A stretch of DNA of 64,000 nucleotides, taken from the NCBI GenBank assembly GCA_002269645.1, contig NIVC01003611.1, positions 24,037 to 88,036 on the forward strand, written 5' to 3'. Shown here piece after piece: positions 39,152-51,599 of this stretch. The notes under the pieces were generated by a model, which did no database searches, was not told the DNA's origin, and saw nothing but the letters and a program-made list of their open reading frames with translations. Origin of the DNA: Macrostomum lignano. Taxonomy: Eukaryota. A program made the translations under genes and the position numbers. Every line of letters begins with the position of its first letter. Position 1 is the stretch's first letter.

Positions 39152-40309
39152 GAAAGATATTCATTGTTGATTACGTTGTCCCTTTCTGTCTCTTCTGTAT
39201 CTGCACGTTCAGTCACGAATATAGGAGTGCCGCTCATTGCTAACAGAATGTCTATGGTAAGCAGTGCATGCCATTCTGGCAGGAACGGAGATTTTCGAAA
39301 CCCGATCAGGCAGGAAGAACCTCCGTTTTTTTAACTCAGCCAGTGTTTGCTGTGGTCTCAGCTTGGTCCAGCTGATGCTAGTCTCATGCCAGTCTGTTTG
39401 CCCGAATCTCTTGATTCCCAAACCCTACGCTACCTATCATAACACTATCTCTCCCGAATCTACCGGTACCATGTACCTATCAAATCCCTGGAGTCCTACA
39501 AATGGTTAAACCAAAATTTCGCGCACCTCTTATTCACACAAATTTGCTCACCTACGGTCGATATTTAGATGATTCAATCTACTATTCTCCCAGAATCCCA
39601 CACGAAACCCTCCCCCTAAATCCCATATAAAACTCTCCCTGAATCCCATATGAAACTCTTCCTGAATCCCATATTAAACTCTCCCTGAATCCCATATGAA
39701 ACTCTCCCAAAATCCCAAATAAAATTCTAAATCTCATCTAATTCCAATAAAATCCTATTTGAAGATCTCACAAAGTCCCCTACAAATTTTCCTGGACGCG
39801 CAGTGCAAATTCGCCTTTACTAGCTCGGGGACTTGCACTGTCCATTCGTGCTGATTTCAGTCGGCTCGACTCGAAGTCGAAGCGCAACTTTTTCGGAATT
39901 ACCTTGATTTATTCGAGAAAGTGAGCTGTACTCGCACCTGCTCAAGAGATGTCAGGCATGGAGTTCATGAGTTCGAGGTTAGGAGTACATTGACCGAAGC
40001 GTGTCCCCTACGGCAAGCGGTGTTTTGGAGCCGGGCTGCTCAGTAGTTATTATTGGGATTTGTGTCACACCTGGTATAGTGAACATCCAATGGGATTAAA
40101 AATCAGATTAAGCTGCAGTGATATGAGATTAGTAGCTGGCAGTGTTGATGCAAGTTGCAAGTGACATTTGGATCAGGACTGTCTGGTGTCAGTTAATGGG
40201 GCTGTCTGGGGATTTAAAAAGTGTCCGTAAAAGACAGTTACACTAAATAAAGTCCGAAATAACAAGGGCTGCATCATATTACTCGTGTCACAGCTAGATT
40301 TATAAGGGC

Positions 40310-40690
40310 GTCACAATGATTCGTGTCAAATGAAACCAAAGCGTCACAATGATTCGGGTCAAATGAAACCAAAGCGTCATAATGGTTCGTGTCAAATGAA
40401 ACCAAAGCGTCACAATGATTCGTGTCAGATGGAACCAAAGCGTCACAATGATTCGGGTCAAATGAAACCAAAGCGTCACAATGATTCGGGTCAAATGAAA
40501 CCAAAGCGTCACAATGATTCGGGTCAAATGAAACCAAAGCGTCACAATGATTCGGGTCAAATGAAACCAAAGCGTCACAATGATTCGGGTCAAATGAAAC
40601 CAAAGCGTCACAATGATTCGGGTCAAATGAAACCAAAGCGTCACAATGATTCGTGTCAAATGGAACAGGGTTTCCATAGCGATTCGTGTC
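40310..40690. repeat. 33-bp minisatellite AATGAAACCAAAGCGTCACAATGATTCGGGTCA, just downstream of the GPCR stop
   Basis: Visible. Confidence 0.95.
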
Positions 40691-40739
40691 AACGTTCGGT
40701 CCATATTGTCCAAAAATCCATCAGCCGATCGAGTCTTCA

Positions 40740-43700
40740 TCAGCAGCTGGCTTCCCGCATCTCCGTTTCGCCCATCGTCGCCCGAGTCCGGTCTGAATCG
40801 CGAGCGGCGGTCACCTGTCCGCTGCCACAGCCGGCCAGTCGTCGCAGACGGTCGACAGCCGACGCCGCGGGCTGGACGCAGCAGCGGCGCCAAACCTTGC
40901 GATAGCCGCGCCGGAACTCCGGATTGGAGACGCCGTAGATTACTGGGTTGACGGTGGAGTTGAAGTGCGCCAGGATGATTGCGTAGGCGTGAACGTGAAC
41001 CGGCAGTCGGTCGTCGTGATCGAACAGCACTAGGAAAGCGTAGGGCGTCCAGCAGATGACCAGAATGGCGAACACCAGGAACAGCGTGCGGGCCAGGCGG
41101 ATTGAGCTGCGGGACTGCTGCACCGCCTGGAGTTGAGGGTCGAGTTCTTGTTGATGGGTAGTGGGTGTTAAAGTTGGAGAGGTTGAAGTTTGGGGTGGTG
41201 AGTTATGGGTTGAAGTTTGGGGTTAAAGTTTGTAGGTGGTAAGTTACGGGGTTGAAGTTTGGAGTGGTGGGTTAGGGGGTTGAAGCTTGGGGTGGTGGGT
41301 TATAGGGTTAAAGTTTGGGGTGGTGGGTTAGAGATTGAAGTTTGGAGTGGCGGGTTAGGGGGTTGAAGTTTGGGGTGGTGGGTTATAGGGTTGAAGTTTG
41401 AGGTGGTGGGTTAGGGGTTGAAGTTTAGGGTGCTGAGTTAGGGGTTGAAGTTTGGGGTGGTGGGTTAGAGGTTGAAGTTTGGAGTGTTAGGGGGTGAAGT
41501 TTGGGGTGGTGAGTTATGGGGTTGACGTTTGGGGTGGTGGGTTAGGGGTTGAAGTTTGAGGTGGTGGGTTATAGGGTTGAAGTTTGGGGTGGTGGGTTAG
41601 AGGTTGAAGTTTGGAGTGTTAGGGGTGAAGTTTGGGGTGGTGAGTTTTGGGGTTGAAGTTTGGGGTGGTGGGTTAGGGGTTGAAGTTTGAGGTGGTGGGT
41701 TATAGGGTTGAAGTTTGGGGTGGTGGGTTAGAGGTTGAAGTTTGGAGTAGTGGGTTAGGGGGTTGAAGTTTGGGGTGGTGGGTTAGGGGTTGAAGTTTGG
41801 GGTGGTGGGTTAGGGGTAATAAAATAGTCGCACCTGCTCGCCCTTGACCGACTGAGCGACTCGCCTAGACCGGGTTCGCACGTGCAGGAAGATGGCCAAA
41901 TAGCAGATGGCGATGAGCAGGCAGGGCGAGCCGATGGCAGCCACGCTGACAAAGAATGTGTAGCCCCTGTCCGCCATGCGATCCCACAGACAGGCCAGAT
42001 TCTTCGGATCGAAGATGTGCCGCCCCCTGCCGAGATAATTAGGCAGCTCCATGATGCAGCTGGCCAGCCAGAGCGCAGCCAGCATGGGTCCCACGGAGCG
42101 GCTGTTGAACAGCTTGGCGTACAGCCTGTTCCGGCAGATGAACACGTAGCGATTCACGGCGATGGAGCCGATGCTGAGCAGCGAGCAGAAACAGCAGACG
42201 AGGCAGAGGGAGGCGATGAAGGTGCACAGGGCCGGCCTGTCGAGAAAGTATCCACGCCCGGTAACTATTCCTGGGAGCGGGTTAACCGGGGTTGAGCGGA
42301 TGGTGTTAGAGACTCGTTACTGGGCAAGCGGATAGGGGTATGGGAGCGTGGGGTATGGAACAGGATTTATGGGGCAAGGGTTATGAGGCAGGGGTATGGG
42401 GCACACAGGGTTAGAGGCACACAGGGGTAGAGGCACACAGGGGTAGAGGCAGGGGTATGGGGCACACAGGGTTAGAGGCACACAGGGGTAGAGGCACACA
42501 GGGGTAGAGGCACACAGGGGTAGAGGCACACAAGGATATAGGCATACAGGGGTAGGGGCACACAGGGGTAGGGGCACACAGGGGTAGAGGCACACAGGGG
42601 TAGAGGCACACAGGGGTAGAGGCACACAGGGGTAGAGGCACACAGGGGTAGAGGCACACAAGGATATAGGCATACAGGGGTAGGGGCACACAGGGGTAGA
42701 GGCACACAGGGGTAGAGGCACACAGGGGTAGAGGCACACAGGGGTAGAGGCACACAAGGATATAGGCATACAGGGGTAGGGGCACACAGGGGTAGAGGCA
42801 CACAGGGGTAGAGGCACACAGGGGTAGAGGCACACAGGGGTAGAGGCACACAGGGGTAGAGGCACACAAGGATATAGGCATACAGGGGTAGGGGCACACA
42901 GGGGTAGGGGCACACAGGGGTAGAGGCACACAGGGGTAGAGGCACACAGGGGTAGAGGCACACAGGGGTAGAGGCACACAGGGGTAGAGGCACACAAGGA
43001 TATAGGCATACAGGGGTAGGGGCACACAGGGGTAGGGGCACACAGGGGTAGGGGCACACAGGGGTAGAGGCACACAGGGGTAGAGGCACGCAGGGGTAGA
43101 GGCACACAGGGGTAGAGGCACACAGGGGTAGAGGCCTATATGTTCTTTTCGCGTTTTCATATTCAATTTGCTTCCATTTGAAGGGCAATTTCAAAGAGCA
43201 ATCAGAACAGAACGCAGATTAAAAAGGCTTCTTCAAGAGAGAAACTGCACCTGAGATTAAATTACTCGGATCTTTATTAATCCTTAGACTAAATCCTTCG
43301 TAGATAATGATATGGCAACGTTTGTTCTCAGTAGATAAAAGAGCCAGTTTAAAAAATGAGCCCATCTCTTGGCTATTAAATGCATGTCTACAAAGAGACT
43401 CGAGAGCCGTTAATGGCCTTATTTTCTTTGTTTATCAATTGGAAAATTGCAATTACAGTTTTAATCCGAACGGAAGGAGTTGAATCAGGGATCGGTGGGG
43501 ATAGAAACTGTCTGAGAGTGGCATGTTTCAAGAAAACGTTGAAACAAAGACCTAGTCCAACGCTGGGGGAGGGAGTCATACATGTAAAGGCAGACAGCGG
43601 AACTAGAAGGGAGAGAGCGGAGCTAGAAGGGAGAGAGCGGAGCTAGAAGGGAGAGAGCGGAACTAGAAGGGAGAGAGCGGAACTAGAAGGGAGAGAGCGA

Positions 43701-45254
43701 AACTAGAAGGGAGAGAGCGGAACTAGAAGGGAGAGAGCTGAACTAGAAGGGAGAGAGCGGAACTAGAAGGGAGAGAGCGGAACTAGAAGGGAGAGAGCAG
43801 AACTAGAAGGGAGAGAGCGGAACTAGAAGGGAGAGAGCGGAACTAGAAGGGAGAGAGCAAAACTAGAAGGGAGAGAGCGGAACTAGAAGGGAGAGAGCGG
43901 AACTAGAAGGGAGAGAGCGGAACTAGAAGGGAGAGAGCAGAACTAGAAGGGAGAGAGTGGAACTAGAAGGGAGAGAGCGGAACTAGAAGGGAGAGAGCAG
44001 AACTAGAAGGGAGAGAGCGGAGCTAGAAGGAAGAGAGCGGAACTAGAAGGGAGAGAGCGGAACTAGAAGGGAGAGAGCGGAACTAGAAGGGAGAGAGCGG
44101 AACTAGAAGGGAGAGAGCGGAACTAGAAGGGAGAGAGCGGAACTAGAAGGGAGAGAGCGGAACTAGAAGGGAGAGAGCGGAGCTAGAAGGGAGAGAGCGG
44201 AACTAGAAGGGAGAGAGCGGAACTAGAAGGGAGAGAGCGGAACTAGAAGGGAGGGAGTGGAACTAGAAGGGAGAGAGCGGAACTAGAAGGGAGAGAGCGG
44301 AACTAGAAGGGAGAGAGCGGAACTAGAAGGGAGAGAGCGGAACTAGAAGGGAGAGAGCGGAACTAGAAGGGAGAGAGCGGAACTAGAAGGGAGGGAGTCG
44401 AACTACTCGTAAAAGGGAGGGAGGGAGCAGAATTATGATAAGAAGGGAGATAGCGGAGCTAGAGGGAGGGAGGGAGCAGAGTTATGATAAGAAGGGAGAG
44501 AGCGGAGCTAGTAGGCAGACAGCGGAACCTATAGTAATAAAATTCTCGCAAAGTTTACTAGGATATTAGGGATCAAGGAATATGTAAAGCATCGGGAAGT
44601 TTCGGGAAAGCTCACCTACTATTCCAAACGGATCGGAGAAAATCTTGATTAGCAGGTCAGCGACGGCCAGATTGACCACGAACACGTTTCCCACGGACTG
44701 CAGCGGCTGCCGGTTTGGAGAGGTGGAAGAGTAACTGGGTGCTTTACTCCTAAGGGTGTTTCTCTTGCCAGGAAATGCATAATCTGGGAATTTGGCTAAT
44801 TGCTTTCTGCTTGCTGGCGTGACACCTACAAGCGCAACAATACAATACGCAGGCACACACGCTCACACAGGGTGCACAGCAGCTCTGACTTTCTAATCGG
44901 CAAGTATGTACAGTCCCTGTGCCGTGGGGTCTGGCACTCAATAGCACGACAACCCGCCGGCCAATTTATAGCGAGCAAACCTTCCACAAGCCCACAGCCA
45001 GAATGACCAGGACGTTGCCGATCGAGCCGAAGATGCAGCCCAGCAGCAGCACCGACAGGCCGGGTACAGCGATTTCTGCAAAAAAAGGCACAAATTTGAA
45101 TTGCTAATTTTGCAAGTATTTCAGCTAGCAAATGCAACATCTATTCCACAATAAAATTACCTAGATACTCCAACGCAAGGAACGGCTCGGTGCCTGCATC
45201 TCCGGTGCCGTTGAAATCTGGGTTCGCTCGCTGTACTAATTCGGACAGTTCCAT
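40740..45254 (-). CDS. Class A (rhodopsin-like) GPCR, melatonin-receptor-like, 367 aa
   Basis: Exons 45161-45254, 44981-45075, 44616-44706, 41834-42270, 40740-41126; GT-AG, phases consistent, 1104 nt. Motifs: N-terminal NGT sequon, TM1 GNVLVILAV, TM2 GNVFVVNLAVADL, TM3 NRY (in place of DRY, as in melatonin receptors), C in ECL2, TM6 CWTPY, TM7 AHFNSTVNPVIY, helix 8 NPEFRRGY. Confidence 0.88.
41150..41820. repeat. G-rich ~27-bp array GGGTTAGGGGTTGAAGTTTGGGGTGGT in GPCR intron 4
   Basis: Visible. Confidence 0.92.
42340..43135. repeat. 16-bp array CAGGGGTAGAGGCACA with periodic variant units, GPCR intron 3
   Basis: Visible. Confidence 0.95.
43600..44400. repeat. 20-bp array AACTAGAAGGGAGAGAGCGG, GPCR intron 3
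   Basis: Visible. Confidence 0.97.
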
Positions 45255-45629
45255 ATGGCAGCAGAGCAGGCGGCAGGCAGCAGACACAGATATGAGTTCT
45301 GCCAGAGCGCATCCGAATTTCAAGGCTTCACTGGCAGTTCTCTCTCTAGCTTGACGGTGATTCGCCTGTAGAAAGGATTTCCAAGGATTCCCCTAGGGAC
45401 TCCGCAGCACAGCTGGGATAGCCTCAAACACTGACTGAGGCCATTAAAAAGGAAAGTCAGCTATAGATAAGATTCACAAAGCTATTAACAGAAAGAGAAA
45501 CAAGTCATTGTGAGCCTGAAATCTTATGACTGCTTTGTTTGATTGAACTTTTCAATACTGGCTCTGCGATGCATTTGCACTCATCTGCACTCATTAGAAC
45601 TCATTTAATATTTAGCAGTGTATTCGTAA

Positions 45630-46170
45630 CCTCACCCATGAACTCACTCATTAACTCACTTATAAGCTCACTCATGAACTCAATCATGGACTCACTCATG
45701 AACTCAATCATGAACTCAATCATGAACTCAATCATGAACTCCTTCATGAACTCACTTATGAAATCTATCATGAACTCACTTATAAACTCACTCATGAACT
45801 CCCTCATGAACTCACTCATGAACTCAATCATGAACTCAATCATGAACTCAATCATGAACTCCTTCATGAACTCACTTATGAAATCTATCATGAACTCACT
45901 TATAAACTCACTCATGAACTCACTTATAAACTCACTCATGAACTCACTCATAAACTCACTCATGAACTCACTCATAAACTCACTCATGAACTCACTCATA
46001 AACTCACTCATGAACTCAGTCATAAACTCACTCATGAACTCACTCATGAACTCACTCATGAACTCACTCATGAACTCACTCATGAACTCACTCATGAACT
46101 CACTCATGAACTCTATCATGAACTCCTTCATGAACTCACTTATGAACTCCCTCGTGCACTCAGTCGTGAA
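45630..46170. repeat. 12-bp array CATGAACTCACT (second array at 48750-49320)
   Basis: Visible. Confidence 0.95.
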
Positions 46171-46379
46171 CTCTGCATCGGTTTGTGCGAGCTGCTTACC
46201 GCCTTTAGTGCAAGGGGCTGTTTTGAGTGTTGGCTGTGTTGTGGGGTGGGTTGGTGTGTGGGCGATGGCTACGCGAGGACAAACTTTTGCGTCAGTTGCT
46301 GATGGCTGAATCAATTCCTCCGAGTCGATCGATCATCTTCGACATAATGCCGGAATCGAGAAAGGAGAGTCGAGATAAT

Positions 46380-48130
46380 AAAGAAGAGAGGAAAGGAGAG
46401 GAGAGGAGAGGAGAGGAGAGGAGAGGAGAGGAGAGGAGAGGAGAGGAGAGGAGAGGAGAGGAGAGGAGAGGAGAGGAGAGGAGAGGAGAAGAGAGGAGAA
46501 GAGAGTGGAGAAAGCGAGGAGAGGAAAGAAGAGGAGAGAGAAGAGGATAGAAGAGGAGAGAGAAGAGGAGAGAGAAGAGGAGAGAGAAGAGGAGAGAGAA
46601 GATGATAGAGAAGAGGATAGAAGATGAGAGAGAAGAGAAGAGAGAAGAGGAGAGAGAAGAGGATAGAAGATGAGAGAGAAGAGAAGAGAGAAGAGGAGAG
46701 AGAAGAGGATAGAAGATGAGAGAGAAGAGAAGAGAGAAGAGGAGAGAGAAGAGAAGAGAGAAGAGGAGAGAGAAGAGGATAGAAGATGAGAGAGAAGAGG
46801 AGAGAGAAGAGAAGAGAGAAGAGGAGAGAGAAGAGAAGAGAGAAGAGGAGAGAGAAGAGGATAGAAGAGGAGAGAGAAGAGGAGAGAGAAGAGAAGAGAG
46901 AAGAGGAGAGAGAAGAGAAGAGAGAAGATGAGAGAAGAAGAGAGAAGAGAGAGAGAAGAGGAGAGAGAAGAGAAGAGAGAAGATGAGAGAGAAGAGAAGA
47001 GAGAAGAGGAGAGAGAAGAGGATAGAAGATGAGAGAGAAGAGAAGAGAGAAGAGGAGAGAGAAGAGAAGAGAGAAGAGGAGAGAGAAGAGGATAGAAGAT
47101 GAGAGAGAAGAGGAGAGAGAAGAGAAGAGAGAAGAGGAGAGAGAAGAGAAGAGAGAAGAGGAGAGAGAAGAGAAGAGAGAAGAGGAGAGAGAAGAGGAGA
47201 GAGAAGAGGAGAGAGAAGAGGAGAGAGAAGAGAAGAGAGAAGAGGAGAGAGAAGAGGAGAGAGAAGAGAAGAGAGAAGAGAAGAGAGAAGAGGAGAGAGA
47301 AGAGGAGAGAGAAGAGGAGAGAGAAGATGATAGAGAAGAGGATAGAAGATGAGAGAGAAGAGAAGAGAGAAGAGGAGAGAAGAGGATAGAAGATGAGAGA
47401 GAAGAGAAGAGAGAAGAGGAGAGAGAAGAGGATAGAAGATGAGAGAGAAGAGAAGAGAGAAGAGGAGAGAGAAGAGAAGAGAGAAGAGGAGAGAGAAGAG
47501 GATAGAAGATGAGAGAGAAGAGGAGAGAGAAGAGGAGAGAGAAGAGGATAGAAGAGGAGAGAGAAGAGGAGAGAGAAGAGAAGAGAGAAGAGGAGAGAGA
47601 AGAGAAGAGAGAAGAGGAGAGAGAAGAGAAGAGAGAAGAGGAGAGAGAAGAGGATAGAAGATGAGAGAGAAGAGAAGAGAGAAGAGGAGAGAGAAGAGGA
47701 TAGAAGATGAGAGAGAAGAGAAGAGAGAAGAGGAGAGAGAAGAGAAGAGAGAAGAGGAGAGAGAAGAGGATAGAAGATGAGAGAGAAGAGGAGAGAGAAG
47801 AGGAGAGAGAAGAGGATAGAAGAGGAGAGAGAAGAGGAGAGAGAAGAGAAGAGAGAAGAGGAGAGAGAAGAGAAGAGAGAAGAGGAGAGAGAAGAGGAGA
47901 GAGAAGAGGATAGAAGAGGAGAGAGAAGAGGAGAGAGAAGAGAAGAGAGAAGAGGAGAGAGAAGAGAAGAGAGAAGAGGAGAGAGAAGAGGAGAGAGAAG
48001 AGGAGAGAGAAGAGAAGAGAGAAGAGGAGAGAGAAGAGGAGAGAGAAGAGGAGAGAGAAGAGGATAGAAGAGGAGAGAGAAGAGGATAGAAGATGAGAGA
48101 GAAGAGAAGAGAGAGGATAGAGGAGAGAAA
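46380..48130. repeat. ~1.7-kb polypurine (GA-rich) complex satellite
   Basis: Almost exclusively A/G, with sparse T in GAT/GATG variants. Confidence 0.97.
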
Positions 48131-49674
48131 AGAGAAGCGAGGACAGAGGAGATTAGAGAGAAGGGAGCTGAGAAGAGGCACAAACCCCTTGCCGACCCCT
48201 ACCCTACCGTACTGAGCTGTCTGTTCAGGAGTTGAAATGCATCGGTGACTGGCGAAGTGATGCTGCCTGCCTTCCATCTGCAGACTCTGTGCTGGCTGGT
48301 TCGCATTTTGCCGGTGCTTTTAGACATAATCGCCTTTGAGTGACATTTACATGTTGATTGCAAGGTTTCTATTTCTGCTCTTATCCCTCGCCTTAATACT
48401 TTTCTTTTTTGTAAATTCTCTCATTCGTTCGTTTATTTGTCGTAAGTTTGGCCTTGGAGGTGCATCCCTTTAGCCTTTCATCGCCTCGCCACACCATGCA
48501 TCGGTTTGCGCGAGTTGCTAACTGCCTTTAGTGCAAGGGGGCTGTTTGGGCGTTGGCTGTGTTGTGGGTGGTGGGTGTGTTTCGCCACTTAGGCCGCCAC
48601 ATTTGTGACTGCTAGAGTTTGTTCACTTTTTTAATTGTTTTCTTGCACAAAGGAATACCGTCCACCGACCTGGGGTGCATGCGCATCCCCCAGCCTTTCA
48701 TTGCCTCGCCACACTCGATTGTCCTGGCCTCCCCTTCACGAAACTCTTGAACTCTTTTATGAACTCCCTCATGAATTTAGTCATGAACTCACTCATGAAC
48801 TCACTCATAAACTCACTCATGAACTCACTCATAAACTCACTCATGAACTCACTCATAAACTCACTCATAAACTCACTCATAAACTCAGTCATAAACTCAG
48901 TCATAAACTCACTCATGAACTCACTCATAAACTCACTCATGAACTCACTCATGAACTCACTCATGAACTCAGTCATGAACTCACTCATGAACTCACTCAT
49001 GAACTCACTCATGAACTTACTCATGAACTCAGTCATGAACTCACTCATGAACTCAGTCGTGAACTTACTCATGAACTCACTCATGAACTCACACATGAAC
49101 TTACTCATGAACTCACACATCAACTCACTTATAAACTCACTCATGAACTTACTCATGAACTCACTCATGAACTCACTCATGAACTCAGTCATGAACTCAC
49201 TCATGAACTCAGTCATTAACTCACTCATGAACTCACTCATGAACTTACTCATGAACTCACTCATGAACTTACTCATGAACTCACTCATGAACTCAGTCAT
49301 GAACTCACTCATGAAATCAGTGTCAGAAGTCTGCCTATTTAGTCGCTAACTATGCACTAATGAACTGTTCCTAATTCAGAGTAAAAGGCCATTAAAGGCC
49401 TTAGGCAATGAGGCATGCATGAAATTACTTCCTTCAAAACAGCGCCCCTTATATTGAGGCTCTTTTGAGGTATAAGCTCGATCAATACGTCGCCCGGAGC
49501 AAAGATTCCATGTATCCCCAGCTAATTTTCTTCCTCTGAAAGTCGTTTTAACTTGCGCAACTCCTAGGGGCATTACAGGTTCGAGCGTATTTTAGAGTCA
49601 CATGATTTTGCAACAGAAATTTGGATAATTATAATTCAGCTTCAAAACGAATGTAAATCTGGGAACTCACACCC

Positions 49675-50100
49675 ACTCCAGCTATCACTACAGCTATCAC
49701 TCCAGCTATCACTACAGCTATCACTCCAGCTATCACTACAGCTATCACTCCAGCTATCACTCCAGCTATCACTCCAGCTATCACTATAGCTATCACTCCA
49801 GCTATCACTCCAGCTATCACTCCAGCTATCACTCCAGCTACAGCTATCACTCCAGCTATCACTCCAGCTATCACTACAGCTATCACTATAGCTATCACTC
49901 CAGCTATCACTCCAGCTATCACTATAGCTATCACTCCAGCTATCACTCCAGCTATCACTCCAGCTATCACTATAGCTATCACTCCAGCTATCACTCCAGC
50001 TATCACTCCAGCTATCACTCCAGCTATCACTATAGCTATCACTCCAGCTATCACTCCAGCTATCACTCAGTTTCACTTCAGCTTCACTCCAGCTATGAGT
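49675..50100. repeat. 12-bp array AGCTATCACTCC
   Basis: Visible. Confidence 0.95.
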
Positions 50101-50489
50101 ATCATTTCACCTATCACCGGCCGTCACCCTATCGCTGCAGCTTTCAACGCGGATGTGGAGTAAAACTCAAACATTGATCAAACTGTATCAAATTCTAATA
50201 TGCAATGAAACAAGACGAAAATGCCGCACAACTCTGCTAAGAAGAAAAAAGCGCAATTACATGCGAAATATAATTTCTTTGGAAAATTGGAAGCCCCTTG
50301 CCCGGGCGGTAAATACAATTAACACACTCGCGCGATTCATGACAGATGCGCGTTCAGCTGTTTTAATAAATTTCCTAAAAATAATGCTGGAAAAGGATGA
50401 GTGACGGACTGATAGTTGGTCAGTTGCTGTTTGTTAACGCAGATGGACTGGCGGAGTGACTGTTGCGGAGGATCAGGCCAGCCACGCTC

Positions 50490-50789
50490 TCAGCAGTTGC
50501 GTCCGGTCTTTACCCGGCAGCAGCAGGGCAGGGTCACCCGGTACACCTGGCTGGCGTCGTCTCCGCCGCCGCCGCCGCCGCCGCTGCCTCGAGCTGCTCC
50601 GCCATCGTCGCCCCACACTGGCCGGCACTTGTTGCGGCTGCGCGATGAGCTCCGATGCTGAAGTGCCGACGGCGGCGGTGGCGGCGGCGGTGGTGGCGGC
50701 GGCGGCGGCGGCGGTGGTGGTGGTGGAGGCGCCTGGAACTGCTGCTGTTGCTGTTGCAGAGGCGGCCCCCAGCTTCCGAGCTGCTGTTG

Positions 50790-50820
<31 letters not shown>

Positions 50821-51233
50821 GATTGATCCTCTGCAAATGACACGGAGTTACCGCCATTGCTGCAGCAGCAGCTGCCCACCACCTGGATGACCAGGTGCAC
50901 CTGCTGCGGCTGGTTGTTCGAATCCACGCAACAGCTGCTGCTGCTGGCAACGCTGCCACTGCCAACGCCACTAATGACGCAGCCGCCGCCTCCGCTGCTC
51001 CCGCAGGCACCGCCGCTGCTGCCGCAGGCGCCGCCGATGACGCAGGAGCCTCCGCTGCCGGCGCTGCATCGCCGAGGTGGGCAGCAGCCGGCGCCGCTGG
51101 TCCCGGAGTAGATGCACGCCTGGCCGGGCCCGGGGTACCGCCGCCCGATGTGGCGCGGCGGCGACCTGCACATTCGGCGCTGTGCGCTGTCGCTCCGCTG
51201 CGCCGCAATGTGGTTCCGACTCGATATTGGCAT
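50490..51233 (-). CDS. Putative orphan low-complexity protein (Cys/Gly/Ser-rich, polyQ, polyP, C-terminal LPCCCRVKTGRNC)
   Basis: GC-rich, CpG-rich island with an ATG-initiated frame of about 247 aa. No family is recognised, and trinucleotide repeats inflate ORF length. Confidence 0.35.
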
Positions 51234-51599
51234 ATTGGCTGCTTCCTGGCTCGCGATTCGCACCGGACTGCGTTGGTTCAGTTCTTAAACGGCTCGAAAC
51301 TAAAAGTCCACTCTGGGTGAGCGGAATCGCTATGCTGTAACAACTCAAATTGAAGCTTAGTAAAGTGACGGGAAGCTCTTCCAGTCTTGGCCATAGACTA
51401 TGAAAGTAGATCAGGCGCGCATATGGCATCGGTGCTCGTTTGCTCCCCTGACCGGCGAGAGGCAAACCACCATGTCCATGCGACTGACTACAAGCCCACA
51501 GAGGGTTGTACATTGGCTGACTTTCACATCGCCAGGCACGTACGAGTAACACTCTGTGCCTGTTGGAGGTTGGCCCTCGTGTGGCGAGAATCGCATGAC

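Noticed and set aside
41150-41820. True telomere or interstitial (TTAGGG)n
   Set aside because: TTAGGG appears only once per ~27-bp unit and never in tandem.
42317-49349. Long ORFs (CLYPCVPL..., MNSL..., SSLLSPLL... 661 aa, EERE...)
   Set aside because: Products of 16-bp, 12-bp and GA satellites that lack stops by composition.
50416-51111. Plus-strand poly-Cys/poly-Gly frame with two in-frame TGA, read as a selenoprotein
   Set aside because: Explained as the complement of (CAG)n/(CCG)n repeats; no SECIS evidence.
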